Positions 44,840 to 59,849 of a DNA stretch of 64,000 bases are shown piece by piece; the first letter of the stretch is position 1, and every line of letters begins with the position of its first letter. This DNA is from Flaccisagitta enflata (taxonomy: Eukaryota): positions 42,594,001 through 42,658,000 of the forward strand of contig OZ231126.1 in assembly GCA_965153355.1 (NCBI GenBank), in the 5' to 3' direction. The notes beneath the pieces were generated by a model. It had not been told where the DNA came from. It ran no database searches and worked only from the letters and a program-made list of their open reading frames with translations. A program made the position numbers and the translations under genes.

Positions 44840-46866
44840 TATGAATCAATGGCGAAAACTGGGACGAAGCAGAAAAAGTACCTAAAAAAAAGGGGCAAAA
44901 AGAAAGAAAAAAGGTGGAGGTGAAAAACATATTTCAGGGTGGTGAGGAGTAAAAGTGGAAAAGAGAATGGTGAATTGGCTCTGGTGGTTGAGGGGGAGGG
45001 GTGGGGAACGAGAAACGGGAAACGGGGAACGGGTAACAGGGAAAGGTGAACAGGGAACGGGGAACGGGAAACGAGAAACGGGAAACGGGGAACAGGGAAC
45101 GGAGAACGGGGAATGGGGAACAGTAAATGGGGAACGGGGAATAGGGAATGGGGTCAGGGAACGGGAAGCGGGGAATGAGGAATGGGGAACGGGGAACGGG
45201 GAACAGGGAATGGGGAAGAGGAAATGGGGAACGGGGAACGGGGAACGGGGAACAGGGAACGGGGAATGGGGAACAGGGAACAGGTAGCAGGGAACGGGGA
45301 ACGGGGAAAAGGGAACGGGGAATGGGGAAGATGCGTTAGTTAAAAACAAAAAGGGGATTTTTGTTTGAAGGATTTCGATTGAACTCTCCTTTCGCCGCAG
45401 TTTTAGTAACGGTCGAAGTAACGGTATGTTATTCTTGGCCGTATGGAGTGATTGCACAAAGCACACGGATGGGAGTAGGGGGGTTGGAGAGGGGGGAAAC
45501 TGATAATTGATTTACGCAGGTACTGTCACTGTTTTTTTACTCCATAACCATGAGGATGGGACATGTCGAGCAGTTGGAGCAGGGGTAAGTGCCGGTGGGG
45601 CATTGGGTGATTGGATGTTATGCCAAAAGAGAAAAAAAAAGAAATAAGACAAAAAAGAATAAGGACCATATCGGGGAAGATGCTGAAAACGAGAAGAGGG
45701 AACTTGAAAACTTGACGCTGAAATATGTCTGCGTGGCCAAGTAAACAACTTTTTTTCCCTGCCTACGGGGTTTTAGCTTGAGGGGGAAATGAGGGAGTAG
45801 ATTGAACTCTTTTTTCCTTGTTTAAAAGAGAGACAGTCTGTAAAGTGAAAATGTTTTTGGGCGAAGGAAAAGAAGAAAACAAGAAAAAAGTAAAAGAAAG
45901 ATAAAGAATTAAAAAAGAAAAAAAAGAAGAAGGAGAAGAAGAAGAAGAAGAAGAAGAAGAAGAAGAAGAAGAAGAAGAAGAAGAAGAAGAAGAAGAAGAA
46001 GAAGACAAGGAGAAAAAAGATGAAGAAGAAGAAGAAGGAGAAGAAGAAGAAGACGAAGAAGAAGAAGAAGAAGAAGAAGAAGACCAGGAGAAAAAAGATG
46101 AAGATGAAGAAGAAGAAGAAGAAGAAGAAGAAGAAGAAGAAGAAGAAGAAGAAGAAGAAGAAGAAGAAGAAGAAGAAGAAGAAGAAGAAGAGGAGAAAAA
46201 GAAGAAGAAGAAGAAGAGGAGAAAAAGAAGAAGAAGAAGAAGAAGAAGAAGAGGAGAAAAAAGAAGAAGAAGAAGAAGAAGAAGAAGAAGAAGAAGAAGA
46301 AGAAGAAGAAGAAGAAGAAGAAGAAGAAGAAGAAGAAGAAGAAGATGAGGAAGAAGAAGAAGAAGAAGAAGAAGAAGAAGAAGAAGAAAAAGAAGAAGAA
46401 GAAGAAGAAGAAGAAGGAGAAGAAGAAGAAGAAGAAGAAGAAGAAGAAGAAGAAGAAGAAGAAGAAGAAGAAGAAAATGGAACAAAAAAGTTTTACGTAA
46501 AAGAAAATAAGATAGTTGTACAAATGGGTAAAAAGATAAAGAGTAGCAAACAAGGCCGGAGACACTCCGTTATACAGGTAGAGAGAGAATAGGGCGTATG
46601 ATGAAAGTCCGGCGTATGCTGTCAAGGCACTCCTTGCAAGTGTTAGTATTAACTCACTAGTCAGTGGTAGCAGCACACTTTCACTAGCAGCTCAACAAGG
46701 AGAGGGAGAGACAAACGTTGCAAAGGCTATTTGCCATAAGAAGCTTTTACTTGCAGCAGCTGAGCAAGAAGAAGGAATGAGAAAACTCTGCTATTCAAAA
46801 AGCTGTTCGCTGGCAGCGGCAAGCTTCAGAGTTGTTTTGAGCAATGGCAGCTCAACTAGAAAAGGG

Positions 46867-47086
46867 AACAAGGCCGGATACACGGCCAATCAGTAGTCGC
46901 TGCTGGGTGGGCAGGGGCAGCACTGCGAGTGGGCAGGGGCAGTATGTGGGTGGGCGGGGGCTGTAATTCGTATTTCAGCCGGTTTCGCATCATCCAAAAT
47001 TTCGCGTTACAGACAGACAGACAGTGAGACAGACATACAGACGTAGGGACACAGCCTCTTTTTGAGTCGCTTAGGCAGCGACTAAA
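46867..47086 (-). mobile_element. Family A-related Helentron-like element, right-arm specific
   Basis: aacaaggccggatacacggc...agtcgct...(acag)n...agtcgcttaggcagcgactaaa; the left arm has only a T-run at 10734-10738. Confidence 0.8.
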
Positions 47087-47094
47087 AAGAGACA

Positions 47095-48335
47095 GCTCAA
47101 TTGAAATGGTCAATCACTGAAAGGGGCCAGTTTGTCATTTTCTTTCAATACTAGCAACTCAACAAAGAAAGAGATAGTGAGAAGACTCAATTGAAATGGT
47201 CAATCACTGGAAGGGGCCAGTTTGTCATTCGCTTCCACTACTAGCAACTCAGTAAAGAGAGAGATAGTGAGAAGGCTCATTTGAAATGGTCAATCACTGG
47301 AGGGGACCAGTTTGTCATCCGCTTCCACTACTAGCAACTCAGTAAAGAGAGAGATAGGGAGAACACTCAATTGAAATGGTCAATCACTGGAGGGGGCCAG
47401 TTTGTCATCCGCTTCCACTTCTAGCAACTCAACAAAGAAAGAGATAGTGAGAAGACTCAATTGAAATGGTCAATCACTGGAGGGGGCCAGTTTGTCATCC
47501 GCTTCCACTACTAGCAATTCAGTAAAGAGAGAGATAGGGAGAAGACTCAATTGAAATGGTCAATCACTGGAGGGGGCCAGTTTGTCATCCGCTTCCACTA
47601 CTAGCAACTCAGTAAAGAGAGAGATAGGGAGAAGACTCAATTGAAATGGTCAATCACTGGAGGGGGCCAGTTTGTCATCCGCGTCCACTACTAGCAACTC
47701 AGTAAAGAGAGAGATAGGGAGAAGACTCAATTGAAATGGTCAATCACTAGAGGGGGCCAGTTTGTCATCCGCTTCCACTACTAGCAACTCAGTAAAGAGA
47801 GAGATAGGGAGAAGACTCAATTGAAATCGTCAATCACTGGAGGGGGCCAGTTTGTCATCCGCTTCCACTACTAGCAACTCAGTAAAGAGAGAGATAGGGA
47901 GAAGACTCAATTGAAATGGTCAATCACGGGAGGGGGCCAGTTTGTCATCCGCTTTCACTTCTAGCAACTCAGTAAAGAGAGAGATAGGGAGAAGACTCAA
48001 TTGAAATGGTCATTCACTGGAAGGGGCCAGTTTGTCATTTGCTTCCACTACTAGCAACTCAGTAAAGAGAGAGATAGGGAGAAGACTCAATTGAAATGGT
48101 CAATCACTGGAGGGGGCCAGTTTTTCATTTGCTTCCACTACTAGCAACTCAGTAACGAGAGAGATAGGGAGAAGACACAATTGAAATGGTCAATCACTGA
48201 AGGGGGCCAGTTTGTCATTTACTTTCAATACTAGCAATTCAACAAAGAAAGAGATAGTGAGAGGACTCAATTGAAATGGTCCATCACTAAAACAGGCCAG
48301 TTTGTCATTTGCTTTCAATATTAGCAACTCAACAA
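47095..48335. repeat. 90-bp minisatellite, ~13.5 units (right-arm copy)
   Basis: ttgaaat(g/c)gt every 90 bp from 47101 to 48271 (14 anchors). Confidence 0.95.
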
Positions 48336-48907
48336 GGAGAAAAGAAGAAAAGGCTGTTGGCGTTTAGAGGGCCATTTACTGAAAGGTGTAAGTTAGTCAT
48401 TCACTCTCGCAACTGGCGGCTTAACATGGAGGACTCTGGTGAAAAAGGCCATTTCCTGTATAAGGAATTAGTTCGTTTTCGCTTTCACTACCAGCAGCTT
48501 GACATGGAGAGGGACAGTCGACTTTGTTGAAAGGGCCGCAAGCTCGTCATTTCCTTTCGCTGGCAGCAGCTCAACAAGGAAAGACGGTTTTCTGAAAAGA
48601 GGCAAGTTCATCATTCACTTTCACAACCAGCAGCTTAACATGGAGAGGCTGAGACAGGAGACTGTGTTGAAAAGTCGGCCGTTGCGCTGGAAGGGGCAAC
48701 GAAGTCATTGTCCATCATCGCTCGCAAAGTGGGCACCTGAGACTGCTTAACTGTCGCCGAGGGAAACTTCCGCCGTCGTTGCCATTCTCGTAATCTTTGT
48801 CGTTATCGTAGTCATGATCTTCATCATCGTCGTCGTTGTCGTTTTCGTCGTCGTGGTCGTTTCTATCGTCGTTGCTGCCGTTGCATTCGTCGTTGTTGCC
48901 GTTGCAT

Positions 48908-48959
<52 letters not shown>

Positions 48960-49242
48960 ACTCCTCACATCAATGACCTGATTACCGTCAACTATGAGAG
49001 GTTTGTAATCACACATGAGGTTGTGTAGACAGCAAGGTACAATTGAACAACATTGAACACGTACAATAAAATGGATACCGCGGTACATAAATAAGAGAAA
49101 GGCACTTGACTATGTTATCGTCTTCGTCATCGACGTCATCATCAGCTTGTCACCATTTCATAACATCTTCGTAAATTTCTCTTTCATAAGATAGCTCAAT
49201 AAAAGTCGCTTAACACCTTACGCTGTCGCTATAATCATGATT

Positions 49243-49346
<104 letters not shown>

Positions 49347-49372
49347 ATTGTTGTTGTTGTTGTTGTTGTTTT

Positions 49373-49477
<105 letters not shown>

Positions 49478-49503
49478 AAAAAGAAAAAGAAAAAGAAAAA
49501 GAG

Positions 49504-49602
<99 letters not shown>

Positions 49603-50375
49603 AAAGCAGAAAGGGGAACATACAAAGTTTCGCGAAAGGTGAGATTAGAGCGCCCAGAGTGCAGTCAGCATCTCTTCCTTCCGACACCAGTTTGCAGTTT
49701 CTGCTCCCAATGCGGCTGCTCTTTTGCACCCACCAACGATCTTGCTCTTTTGCTTAAAACAAGCCCAAAACAGGGCAAACGTCACGGACGGTTGGGAAGG
49801 GGTAGTACAGTACTACATTACTACAAAACTACAGTACAAGCCCAAAACAGGGCAAAAGTCGCGGACGGTTGGGCAGGGGTAGTGCAGTACTAAATTACTA
49901 CAAAACTACAGTAAAACAGCATTTCACACCTATAAACCTTAAGTCTTAAATAAAGAAAAAAAAACTATGTTTCAAAAATATTACGGACGGACGGACGGAC
50001 GAACCGACATAGCAAAGTCTTTCCTTTGGTTCGATATCGTCTTTTGCCACTTGACTAGTTGCTTTGTGGTACGTTGGTCCATCGGTCGGTTCAATATCAA
50101 GATTATTCATAGGAGAATGTTCAGAACACTCGTTGCTTAGGTGAAGCTTATATTGTCTTAGTCATAGCCAGATTCAATTTTTTTTTTCAAGAATATTTTT
50201 TTTGATTGAAAACTAGAAAAGTCTGTCACTCCTTAGGCTGAGAAGAGAAAAAAATACTCTACTGGAATCCTTATTGGATAAACCATTCAGACAAGTATTT
50301 TTACCAGCCAAAGCAGGAAAAGAAATTAATCAAAGGTAAATAAAACAATTAAAAGAGTGAGGTTCATTATTTCAG

Positions 50376-51106
<731 letters not shown>

Positions 51107-51549
51107 TATTTCAGATGTATGTATGTGCCTCTTTTTCGTCATATTCTGGGCCAGAGGGGGTCTCTTTGGACTTGGGGATTAATTGTGCGCGTTTTACCAT
51201 CACTGCCTGCAACCTTTAAAGTTTTACATGTATTTGGCTTTCAACGCGACCGACTTCGCAGTCGACAAAACGAACTTGTTTTCTTTCCCGTCTAATGATC
51301 CCCTTTTGAGACCTTGATCAGCGGCGTATCTTTCCACATGGAAGAGATCTGACACTCCCCCTTTTTTGCAATGGGAATACTTGTTTTCGGACAGCCTATC
51401 GCGAACAATTTCCCTTTCCTTTCTTTCCCTTCCCCTGTTTGGGTCTGTTTATACAACGATTGTTCTTTTGCTTGCGCTCATGTTATATATTTGTTTTTCC
51501 TCGGCCTTGACAGCTCTTTTGTTTTATCACAAAAGGTACTATTCCTTTT

Positions 51550-52106
51550 TTTAGTCGCGTGCTACGCGACTCTACACCCCGCTTTGTCCGTCGGTCGGTC
51601 GGTCGGTCGGTCGGTCGGTTGGTCGGTCGGTCACACTTTACTTTTTTTATCCGTTTTATTCCTACTAACTCATTTTAAGTAAATTAGGTCATTTAAAGTC
51701 AAATTAGATCATTTTAGGTCATTTTGGGTCATTTAAAGTCAGTTTAAGTCAATTTATGTCATTTGAGTTTTTTTAATAGTTTTCAGCATTTTAGTGATTT
51801 TAGGTTTATTTAAGTCAATTTAGGTCAGTTAAGTTCAATTCAAGTCATTCAAGGTCAATTAAAGTCATTTAAAGTCATTTAAAGTCATTTTGAGTCAATT
51901 TAAGTCAATTTAAGTTATTTTAGTCACTGGGTCATTTTAGTCATTTTAGGTCAATTTAGGTTATTTTAAGTCATTTTAGGTCATTTTAAATCATTTTAAG
52001 TCATCTTATATCAATTGAATTCAATGAAAGTCATTTTAGTTATGTGGTTATGTAATAAAGAAATTATATAAGTCTCGCACGCGACTTATAGGTGTTGGCC
52101 TTGTTT
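51550..52106 (+). mobile_element. Family A element with an expanded 10-bp repeat array, right-arm specific
   Basis: tttagtcgcgtgctacgcgact...(ggtc)n...(taagtcattt)n...cacgcgacttataggtgttggccttgttt; the left arm has only an A-run at 7512-7520. Confidence 0.85.
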
Positions 52107-53144
52107 CTCTTTTGGCCGCTACTTCGTTTTGGCGCTGCCCATTTGTTGTTGGCTTCTTAGGAAGATACATTTATTTGATGGTCAGAAAGCGAGAAAAGTG
52201 AGGTTGAGAAAGATAAATGATAAGCTGACACGACCATTGGCGCTGTCATGGCTGAAAAAGACAAGATGAAGTGGATACAAGAAATAGACATTAGACCAAG
52301 AAAGAATGGAAAAGAGGACGATCATTCATCAAATCGTACGGTTCCCGTTGTGATTCTTGCGCCGTAGAGGCGTTTTTCATAGACCCGTCCAATATTGGTC
52401 CATGCAGCTTTATTCCGACATTCTAGAGCCCTCATTTGAAGAGAAAAATGAACGAAGAAATATGATAAACAAACAAAGAGCCAACTTGCTCTATCCAAAA
52501 TTGCCCGGTTATGTCCTACCACGCAAAGAGCAACAGAAATGAACAATACTTCGGACGAAAGGTGAGAAATGAAGGCGAGTTATAAAAAGGAAGAAAAACA
52601 CGATTTTGGGCATGTTAGGTGAGGGACGAGGAATGTAAAGTATAGAAGAAAAGAGAAAGGAAAAGAAGAAAGGACAAAGAGCAAAAAAGATTTTAGGCAT
52701 GTTAGGAAAAGGGTTGGAAAAGAAAAAAGAAAGAAGAAAAGAGAAAGAAAGAGACGACAGATAAAAAAAAAAAAAAAAAAAAAAAAAAGGAGTTGGTTGA
52801 TTTCTTTGGTTCTCTTGGACGTCGTGGAAAAACCTCAGCAAGTGATTTTGGAAGAAGAATGGGCAGCTCTGAGAGAAGAAAAGGGGCCAGCCAATGATTC
52901 TCGACGTTTTTTTTTATTCCTTACCACCTCATTCCGCAAAAAAAGCATTCTTCCTGCGATCGCGCTTTCTCACTATTTTTCTTCCTTCTCTTTTACTTTC
53001 TTTCTGTACTTTCACTCTATCCTGTCCCTGTAAGTTTCTCTGGCTCCGTCTTTTATTTGCCCCTCTCAGTCTTTTTTTCTGACTCCGTCTCCATCCCATT
53101 CTGTCTCTCAGTTTCCTTCCTCTCTGTCTTTACCAATGTATGTT

Positions 53145-53216
<72 letters not shown>

Positions 53217-53418
53217 GTTGTCTGTCTGTCTGCCCGTCTGCTCCGTTCTCTCTTCAGCCTGTCTATCGTTTTGTCTGTTCGTCTACGTTCCGTTCTGCCC
53301 GTCTGTCTGTCTGTCCGTTCGTCTGTCTGTCTCTATGTGTGCTCCCTTTATTTGCCCTTTGTCTGCTGGCCCTCTCTTATGTTGGTTGGTCTCTCTCTAT
53401 CTCTATCTCTGTGTCTCT

Positions 53419-53477
<59 letters not shown>

Positions 53478-56400
53478 GTCTTTCCCCTTCATTGTCTATC
53501 TTTTTGTCTCTTTCCCTTTCAGTTTTTCATCTCCTCCGGTTTGCAAATGGTCAAAGTCGTAATGATAATAAAAGAAAATCGCCTCCGCCAAAAAAGTTAG
53601 GGAAAATCATTTGGGGGACCTTCATGGTCGTTAGGAGAGTCAAAGCTGGGAAACCGAGAGAAGTGAGAGGCAACGTTTGAAATGGTGCCGGGACTGAAAG
53701 TGGTTTCAAACTGGGGTGCATATCTTATAGACGCTTTTTACAAAAAAGACATGGTTATTGATTGACAAAGACAGCTTCCAGATCAGCTCGGGGGCATTTG
53801 ACTCGATGTGCTTAGATCCTTTATGTTCGCTGTCTATGCGCACCATTTTATGGTAGAAGACACCCCCTAAGATTCAAGACCCATTTGATGATACAAAACC
53901 TGGGCCTCCACCCCCCTCATTTGGAGTTTAAGAGGAGATCAATTTCGTCAGAAATTAACCTCCAGATCTCCACATGTTGCGCGACTAACAGTGTTTGCTC
54001 ATTGCTGGTATATCATGTTACTAAATGACACATACGCAACCACCCTCGGTAGGCCATCACCAAAAGGTGTAAGAACTTCTGATGCTTAAGTCCTGGGTGT
54101 ACATAGGTAAAAAAAAATAAAACTGGATTTTTTGCTCTTCCCCCTTCATAGGATTACAATGGAAAGTTACTCATTGATTTTTAAAAAACGCATTATTTAG
54201 TATTGCCACAAAACTATAGGAGGTACAATTATAATGAAACCTGATTAAGAAAACCTTAGAGTTTCCTCTACATATTTCAGTAATAATATTGTCTTATTTT
54301 GATTGAAATAAGCCTCACCGAGCGATTTAAGAGCGCTGTAACCCCCTCCCCCCAAATAAAAAAATCAGCCCAAATTGCGATTGGTATTTTACATACTAAC
54401 CATTACCCTTCATTTTAACCATTACCCTTCAAACTAACCATTATCCTTTATACTAACCATTACCCTTCATATTTTTCATTTTCTTCTTTGGACAAAATCG
54501 GCTATCTCAGCTTCCATAGCCAGTCCAGGTGATTACATAGTGGGCAATTACTTCCGGTCAAGGTGTCATTCTATGGCTGTTAATATCAAACATATAGTAT
54601 CTAGTAAGAAAAAATGTTTCGGTCCATTTTTGGCCTAAAAGTGCCCTCTGAGGTCATGAGAAAGTTCGGCCTACAGTGAATGGTACAGCATTTATGAATG
54701 TATTTCTTTTGTGATTAAGTATGCAATCTTTGATACCTCGCATCGCAGCAACTTAGGAAATTCATCTAACATTTATTTAAAGCTTTAACTGGTAAATTGA
54801 CCTTTAGAAAGTCATATTTCTTTGTAGAAAAATATGCCCAGATGGAGAAAGTTTTGTTTTTCCGAGCTATGTTGAGATACGAGCATATAGATGAATACGG
54901 AATTGGGACTGACTATCTATCTACGTCAGGATTGCGAGTTGGAGGACAATTCATTTATGAGGATACGAGGCAGTGCTTGCGGGGGTTTGGTGAGTTCTCT
55001 CTTTATCATCATCATTTACCGATGCGTCGTTTTTTGTGTTTCGAGTCTCAGTTTTGAGCCTCATGATCACTTATTAGAGAGTGTATCATTAGTAGGTAGC
55101 AAAAAAGCTGCTGCAATCGAAAAAATTATCTCAGTGGATTTGAGGATACATATGTAAAGGTTTTCAACCCGTAGAATCCGATTTTGAGGTCAAAAATAGC
55201 AAATTCTGACGGGATCATGGCCAGCAAGTGGCCCTGAACGAGCATATTTGGCCCCAAATGAGCATATTCATCGCTTTACTTGTATCTACCAGTATCTATG
55301 AAAAAAGCACTGAAAGAATATGATATATGATATTCCATTGATTTTGGCATTCTTGTACATTGAAATACACTACAGAACAGTTGTGTCTTGATACTTATCA
55401 CTGATAATGCTGGTTTAGGGGCCCTGAAATGAGCATAATTTTGGTGAAAATCTGCGATTTTTGCGTATTTCAGGGTTTGCCGATACTTGCTCATTTCTAG
55501 CAGTTCTGTTAGTAAAAATCTGAATGATTAAGCTTTTGAAGTTTGTATTTATGAAGTTTGTATTTATTAAAATTTGACATCAAGAAGAGATTATATGACT
55601 ATTTGCTACTAATTTATGATAGTTTTGGGGCCCCAAAATTTGCAAAATTTTGGCGGAAATACGCATTCACAATTCATTAACAAATGGCCATAAATGCGTA
55701 TATATATCATTTTTCCTTAACCTCGAAAAGCATACTTAAGTATCAGATATGATAAGGAAAGTGAAGGTAGTGAATTAAAATGAAAAAAGAGGCTGCAAAC
55801 TGATAGTGATAGAAAGTAAGAACGGGGGTGTATAGGGTTGCACGGCTTTTGATTTCTTTCCTCCCCCCTGCCTTTAATTTTCTTCCCCACAACGCATCAG
55901 GTCGGGTCTATGATTTTCTTCCCCATAAAGCAATAAAACTATATTTTATTTAAATTTAAATTTTGTTAAATTGTGTTGTACTGATGAGGGTTTTTCATTT
56001 GGTACTGCCAAAATTGAAATTTTCCTCAAATTTTCTTTTTTTCTCCCTTCCTTCCCCTTTCTCATTACCAAACCATTTGAATAATTCCCCCCCCCCGTGG
56101 GGAATATACAAGAATATACTCCTTGAGCAGTAAGGATAGTAAAACAGACAGACATACAGACAGATAACAGGAAACACTCGATCACATCTCAACGTGTCCT
56201 GATGCATATTGGATGATATTGACAGGCTGATATTGATTCAAAAGATCTGATTTGTGGTGGGAAAGGCTTGATGTGGGGTCTGAGAGGTCTGATTTGGTGC
56301 AAGAGGGGCTTGATTCAAGGTATGGGAGGCCTAATTTGAGGCCTCGGATGGGGGGTGGATGGACGGACTGACCGATAGATGACGGAATTCATAGGTCATA

Positions 56401-56690
56401 TCTGGGGCCGCTGCCCAAAAGGAACAGAGAGACAGCAAAAGATAGTTGATGGTAAGAAAAGCTGAACTATACCCTAACTGAAAAAAATGGAAAAGGGGTC
56501 TCACTAGTTAACTAGTTAGTACACGCACCATTCCTATTTTTCCATGAAACAGAATCTGAAAAACATTCTCTCTTAATCTAACCCAAATCTATATAATCTA
56601 TATTCTGTTTTATAAACAAATGTTTCGACAACCAATGGTAAGCGTTTATATCGTAAAATTGAATGCAGCAGGTCATTTCGAATTACAGAG

Positions 56691-56783
<93 letters not shown>

Positions 56784-57062
56784 GGAAGAGAGAGCTTATG
56801 GGTAAGCACAGTTGTTTGCATTCTCATTTCTTTTCAATTTTATTCCCAAAATAGTCACCATTTCATCTATCGGCTGAACGAAATTTACCATTTCTATAAA
56901 ATTTGACCAGCAAATCATTATCCCATTCAAAATTTCGCGTTATGGGCATACAGACTCTGCTTGTGTGTGTGTGTGTTTGTTTGTTTGTGTGTGTGTGTAC
57001 GCGTGTGTGTGTTTGTTTGTACGCGCGCGTGTGTGTGTGTATGCACGCGTGTGTGTGTATGC

Positions 57063-57104
<42 letters not shown>

Positions 57105-57158
57105 GGGGGGTGTCTCAGACAGTGGTAAGTCCGCATAACCCTGAAGCCTAAAGATGAA

Positions 57159-57217
<59 letters not shown>

Positions 57218-57425
57218 GGCCTGATTTGGCTTAATTCAAGGCTTGAGAGGGCTGATTTGAAGCCTGAGAGTGAGGATTCGAGGCCTGATAGGGCTGATTT
57301 GATGCCTCAGAGGGGAGAATAAAAGCCTGAAAGGTGAATTTGAGGCCTGAAAAGCTCAGTTTGAGGCTTGAGAGAGCGGATTTGAGGCCTGAGAGGTCTA
57401 ATTTGAGGTTTGAGAGGCTTAATTT

Positions 57426-58270
57426 GAGGCGTTAGGTGGTTTTTTCCCATCAGGGTGGGATTTGATGGACTGTGTAGGGTTGAGGGATAAAGAGGCGTTA
57501 GGTGGTTTTTCCCACTGTAAGGGATTGGATGGACTGTAGGTGGGTTGAGTGGGACAAAGAGGCGTTAGGTGTTTTTTTCCCATCAGGTGGATTTTGATGG
57601 ACTGTGCAGGGTGGGGTTGAGTGACAAAGAGTGCGTTAGGGTGGCTTTTCCCACTGTGATTTGATGGACTGTGTGTAGGTGGGGCTGAGTGATAAAGAGG
57701 CTGTTAGGTGCCTTTTTTCCTCATCAGGTGGGATTTATTTTTAATTTGTGAGGTGGGTGAGGGATAAAGAGGCGTTAGGTGGTTTTTTCCAATGGGGACG
57801 AGATGACTGTGTAGGTGGGGCTGAGGGAAGAAAGAGCTTAGGGTGGTTTTTTCCTATCAGGGATTTGATGACCGTGGTGTGCTGAGTGATAAAGATACAG
57901 GGTTTTTTCCTGCTCTGTGACTGAAGTGACTGTAGGTGGGTGGAGTGGGATAAAGAGGCGTTAGGTGGTTTTTTCCATCAGGTGGGGATTGATGGACTGG
58001 TGTGAGGGGTTGAGGGATAAAGAGGCGTTAGGGTGGTTTTTCTTTTCCCACTCAGTGGGATTTGATGACTGTAGGTAATATGGAGAAGATGCGTTAGGTG
58101 GTTGCTCTCATCAGTGGATTTGATGAACGCCTGGTGGGTTGAGTGGTAGAAAGTGGCGTGAGGGGGTTTTTTCCCATCAGGGTGGGATTTGATGCACTGT
58201 GCAGGAGGGTGGTGAGTGATAGCGAGGCGTTAGGTGGTTTTTTCCCATCAGGGTGGGATTTGATGGACTG
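57426..58270. repeat. ~66-bp tandem array, ~13 indel-rich units
   Basis: gaggcgttaggtggttttttcccatcagggtgggatttgatggactgt recurs throughout. Confidence 0.85.
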
Positions 58271-58799
58271 TGGGGGGGGGGGGAAGGAAACAAACGACCT
58301 ATGATATATGACATTCAAAAACTCTATTTGCTCAGTAATGCCCTATATATTATCTGAATGGATTCCATTAATTGTTGGTCTTAATTGCGTGCACGCGACT
58401 ATGACCCACTCTGTCCATTGGGTGGTCAGTCCGTCTGTCTGTCTGTTATTTTTGGTCATCTTAAGTCATTTTAAGTTATTTCAAGACAATTCACATTTAG
58501 TCTTCTAGTCTTTTGGTTTTATTGTCTTACCAACCGCACGCGACTGTAAGGGCTTACTAATACTTCAGCTTCGGAAGGAATTAATCTACGATTCCTGAAC
58601 CATTCATCCTTTTTTTTCAATCTCAACAAAAATTTAAGTGCCGAGTAAGAAAAAATGGAGTAAATAAAGTTAAAGCTTAGAATCGCTTCGTTTTAAGTGA
58701 CTCAAATTTGACCGATCGATGTGTCCTTTGAGCTTTCCTCCTGTTACTGGGTTTCTTTTTGGGCACCCTCAACAGAGAGAGAGAGAGAGACAGAGAGAC

Positions 58800-58830
<31 letters not shown>

Positions 58831-59849
58831 CAGTATATATGAGAGCACAGAGAGAGAGAGACAGAGAGACAGAGAGACAGAGAGAGATATAGAGAGAGAG
58901 GGTTACTTTATTTTACACGCACAGAAAAACGCCATAAACAGACTCACAAAGCCTCTAATATAGATGCGATGACGCATCTAAAAAGGGAAACATAACATAA
59001 CTAGTCAGTGAGGGTTCACAATTTATTTCATTTTGGATATAGTGAGGGATATTGCTCCACTTTTCATAATTGTCAGATATTGAGCATACTGATATAAGCT
59101 CACATAAAGTTGGTGTAACGATGGAAAAGTGATTCTTGGGGAAAGGGAAAAAAAGCAAGTTTGTTCGTTGATGTCTGTCTGTCTGTCTGTCTGTCTGTGT
59201 CTGTCTGTCTATCTGCCTGTGTATAATTCTATTTGTTCTAGCATTTATCTTTCTGTTTGTCTAACTATTTCGTTCTCTCTCATTGTTTGCGTTACATATA
59301 AAAAGCAAAGCTTTCAATCATTCACATAGCAATGTTAAGTTTGGAGATGAAAGGGGCAAATATGCTCATTCAGGGCCATTTCAGGGTTCGTTGAGGCTGT
59401 TATTGGGCGAGGAAAATCTTTGAAAGCACCAAAACTTTGTTTATGCATGAGAAAAAGCTACATTTAGTTAAAAAAAGATTCTATTGTGCTATATGTCTCT
59501 CTCCATCGCACAATTTTGGCTAAATATGCTTGTTACGGGGCCAATATGCTCGTTCCGGGCCGCTTGCTGGCCATGATCCGCTCAGAAATGGCCATTTTTG
59601 ACCTATAATTTGACTTACGGTATGAAAAACGCGACACCTGAGTATCAACAGCCATACACAACAAGTTTTACTGCTACCTACTAGTGCAGTATCATTTTAT
59701 CTATTTAATTATCTTAACATTGACTTAAAATGGTTTAACTCAAGTGTTTTAATACTGTTACATTTTTCATGGGAATTCCAATTTTGCAATGTACAAACTG
59801 AAAACCCTCAAAAATAGATTTGCCTATTTGCAAAAGGTACCTTTGATAT

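Noticed and set aside
47101-48330. In-frame TAG in the 90-bp units (HY*QL vs HYQQL in a flanking unit), suggesting stop-codon readthrough
   Set aside because: All six frames of the unit contain stops and flanking units shift frame; a fixed C>T in a non-coding array is simpler.
55166-55190. aacccgtagaatccga resembling miR-100
   Set aside because: Not an exact match, no clear precursor hairpin, and it lies within a dispersed repeat.
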